A stretch of 20,485 bases of DNA from a virus (Duplodnaviria > Heunggongvirae > Uroviricota > Caudoviricetes): the IMG/VR virus record IMGVR_UViG_2568526635_000006, positions 1 through 20,485 of that record; one strand, given 5' to 3'. Below the pieces are notes generated by a model, which had not been told where the DNA came from, searched no databases, and was given only the letters and a program-made list of their open reading frames with translations. The position numbers and the translations under genes were made by a program. Shown here piece by piece: positions 18,346 through 20,485 of this stretch. The stretch's first letter is position 1. Each line of letters starts with the position of its first letter.

Positions 18346-19829
18346 TGGCCAGAAGTTGCGTAACGGATCCACGTTGGCGCGAGCTGGTGGCGCTATATCG
18401 TTATGACTGGATTGCTGCCGCTGATGTTTTGTTCGGCAAAACACCTACCTGGCAGCAGGATCTGATTATTGAGTCTGTGCAGGAACAGGGTAGCAAGACA
18501 TCTGTTTCGTCTGGTCACGGTACCGGGAAATCAGACATGACTTCTATCATGATCATGTTGTTCATAATCATGTATCCCGGTGCCCGCGCCATTATCGTTG
18601 CGAACAAAATTCAGCAGGTAATGACCGGTATATTCAAGTACATCAAGATAAACTGGGCTACTGCCACCAGCCGTTTTCCATGGCTTGCTGATTATTTTGT
18701 TCTGACAGAAACCGCTTTCTATGAGGTTACTGGTAAAGGTGTATGGACTGTAGTACCGAAGGGCTTTCGTCTGGGAAGTGAAGAAGCTCTCGCCGGTGAA
18801 CACGCAGATCATCTTCTGTATATTATCGATGAAGCCTCCGGTGTCAGTGATAGAGCTTTCGGTATCATCACCGGTGCTCTTACCGGACAGGATAACCGCA
18901 TCTTATTACTGTCACAGCCTACACGCCCAAGCGGCTATTTCTACGATACTCACCATAAACTGGCCAAGCGTCCTGGTAACCCTGATGGCGTTTATACGGC
19001 GATCACGCTTAACAGTGAGGAATCACCGCTGGTAACGCCAGCATTTATCAAAATGAAGCTGGCGGAGTACGGCGGGCGTGATAACCCTATGTACATGATT
19101 AAGGTACGCGGACTATTCCCTAAATCACAGGATGGCTTCCTTCTTGGACGTGATGAGGTTGAACGTGCGACGCGGCGGAAAGTCAAGATTGCCAAAGGAT
19201 GGGGCTGGCTTGCATGTGTGGACGTTGCTGGTGGTACGGGACGGGATAAGTCCGTTATCAATATCATGATGGTGTCCGGCCAGAGAAATAAACGCCGTGT
19301 AATCAACTATCGAATGCTGGAATACACAGACGTTACAGAAACGCAGCTTGCCGCCAAAATTTTCGCAGAATGTAATCCTGAGCGATTCCCAAATATCACC
19401 ATAGCGATAGACGGCGATGGGCTGGGTAAAGCAACAGCGGATCTGATGTACGAGTATTATGGTATTACCGTACAGCGTATACGCTGGGGTAAAAAGATGC
19501 ATAGCCGTGAAGATAAGAGCCTGTACTTTGATAAACGTGCTTATGCCAATGTTCAAGCCGCAGAGGCCGTAAAATCTGGTCGTATGAGACTGGATAAGGG
19601 TAATGAAACTATTGAGGAAGCGTCGAAAATCCCTGTAGGGATTAACTCCGCAGGTCAATGGAAGGTGATGAGTAAGGAGGATATGAAGAAAAAACTCAAC
19701 CTGCACTCACCAGACCATTGGGATACATATTGTTTCGCTATGCTGGCGGATTATGTTCCCCAGGATGAAGTGCTTAGCGTCGAAGACGAAGCGCAGGTTG
19801 ATGAAGCTCTGGCATGGCTTAATGAATGA
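18345..19829 (+). CDS. pacB: Terminase large subunit PacB, 494 aa
   Basis: Walker A-like [13 protein letters not shown] and Walker B-like [11 protein letters not shown]; length and position after pacA match P1 PacB. Confidence 0.88.
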   Translation: MARSCVTDPRWRELVALYRYDWIAAADVLFGKTPTWQQDLIIESVQEQGSKTSVSSGHGTGKSDMTSIMIMLFIIMYPGARAIIVANKIQQVMTGIFKYIKINWATATSRFPWLADYFVLTETAFYEVTGKGVWTVVPKGFRLGSEEALAGEHADHLLYIIDEASGVSDRAFGIITGALTGQDNRILLLSQPTRPSGYFYDTHHKLAKRPGNPDGVYTAITLNSEESPLVTPAFIKMKLAEYGGRDNPMYMIKVRGLFPKSQDGFLLGRDEVERATRRKVKIAKGWGWLACVDVAGGTGRDKSVINIMMVSGQRNKRRVINYRMLEYTDVTETQLAAKIFAECNPERFPNITIAIDGDGLGKATADLMYEYYGITVQRIRWGKKMHSREDKSLYFDKRAYANVQAAEAVKSGRMRLDKGNETIEEASKIPVGINSAGQWKVMSKEDMKKKLNLHSPDHWDTYCFAMLADYVPQDEVLSVEDEAQVDEALAWLNE

Positions 19830-19832
19830 ACA

Positions 19833-19849
19833 TTTGCTCTAATGAATTG
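19833..19849 (+). promoter_or_regulatory. C1-operator-like 17-mer immediately downstream of pacB
   Basis: TTTGCTCTAATGAATTG matches the consensus at 14 of 17 positions, 4 nt after the pacB stop. Confidence 0.35.
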
Positions 19850-19975
19850 TGTTTTTTAACTACCGATGTTACATTGAACCTGACCTCTTGCGCCTTGAGG
19901 CATTTTCGGTTTATGCTTATCAGGCACCTCATTAAAACGGGTGCCGGGATTGAGACCCCGGATAATGCAAAAGGC

Positions 19976-20008
19976 GACACAGACGCCAAAAGCGTCTTTT
20001 TTTGTGTC
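19976..20008 (+). terminator. Rho-independent terminator after pacB
   Basis: GACGC-caaaa-GCGTC followed by TTTTTTT, nested inside an outer GACACA...TGTGTC stem. Confidence 0.55.
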
Positions 20009-20188
20009 ATGCCATCGCACAGCCATACGTAGCGTTTAGCTCAGAGATCAATGGTAGTGCTGGCTGGGCTGCCGAAAGGCAGGCCGGTTCCCTTTTGCGC
20101 CGGTAGTCTCAACCCAGTCAGTGCTACCGCCATTGAGATTGAGACCTCACGCGGTAGCTCCTTAAATTAGCAAAAGGAGGCTGCCATT

Positions 20189-20410
20189 GTGGCTACTATC
20201 CCTACCCCTGCTCATCCTGAATTTATCTGGCGCTTTTACTCCTGCCAAAAACGTCACTATCACTTCGTTATTGCACCGACAGAAGATGAGGCACGTTCTC
20301 AGCTTCCTGACGCCCCATGTATTTTCTCTGCCCGTTTTTCCACTGATTCACGCAATTCTCTCAGTTACTGGTGCCTCCCTGTTAACGCTTCTGCTCAGGA
20401 GGGACTATGA
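20189..20410 (+). CDS. Hypothetical 73-aa protein
   Basis: GTG start 8 nt after AAGGAGG; stop overlaps the next ATG (ATGA). An alternative 81-aa hydrophobic reading frame (20187..20432) shares the same RBS, so the frame choice is uncertain. Confidence 0.35.
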   Translation: MATIPTPAHPEFIWRFYSCQKRHYHFVIAPTEDEARSQLPDAPCIFSARFSTDSRNSLSYWCLPVNASAQEGL

Positions 20411-20485
20411 GAACATCGTTAGTTACCCGTGAAGAGATGATCGAGGCAATTGAACAGCACACTGCCTGTATCAGTACCAGGGATA
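20407..20485 (+). CDS. Hypothetical protein, 5' fragment only (continues beyond the window)
   Basis: ATG after AGGAGGGA; 26 codons (MRTSLVTREEMIEAIEQHTACISTRD) open to the window end. Confidence 0.4.
   Translation, partial: MRTSLVTREEMIEAIEQHTACISTRD

Noticed and set aside
17521-19706. Minus-strand ORFs inside pacA/pacB (17521..17760, 17871..18155, 17971..18189, 18062..18268, 18531..18812, 18992..19306, 19125..19706)
   Set aside because: Antisense to terminase genes that are supported by the pac site, Walker motifs and synteny.
20030-20160. Possible tRNA gene (TAGCTCAG, TGGTAG and GGTTCC-like segments)
   Set aside because: The pieces do not fold into a cloverleaf: the candidate anticodon stem has a 4-nt GAAA loop and there is no acceptor stem pairing. 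Kept only as a structured-RNA finding.
20187-20432. Alternative 81-aa hydrophobic reading frame overlapping the 73-aa ORF
   Set aside because: Would overlap the downstream gene start by 26 nt and is L/S/P-rich as expected for off-frame translation; the 73-aa frame is translationally coupled (ATGA). Not excluded with certainty.

Overview
This window reads as a segment of a P1-like (Punavirus-type) phage-plasmid from an enterobacterium. The strongest anchors are a phd-doc toxin-antitoxin pair followed by a pacA/pacB terminase pair, with the characteristic P1 pac site (seven GATC-containing TGATCA/G hexamers in a 4+3 arrangement) inside pacA. At least six 17-mers resemble the P1 C1 repressor operator (consensus ATTGCTCTAATAAATTT, recalled from memory), one of them overlapping the promoter of a putative lpa gene. 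Between a HAD-phosphatase-like gene and phd sits a complete, AT-rich, oppositely oriented Type I restriction-modification operon (hsdM-hsdS-hsdR). Its HsdS has the TAEL tetrapeptide repeat typical of the EcoR124 (type IC) family, so it looks like horizontally acquired defence cargo. Upstream are mostly uncharacterised genes: a leftward operon that runs off the window start, a TraR/DksA zinc-finger gene, a VRR-NUC nuclease, two overlapping paralogues with a GSGPS motif, a lambda-type Ser/Thr phosphatase, a possible glycosyltransferase-like gene and a coiled-coil protein. I found no rRNA, tRNA, CRISPR array or transposase. All family assignments rest on motifs read by eye and on recalled sequences; none was checked against a database.
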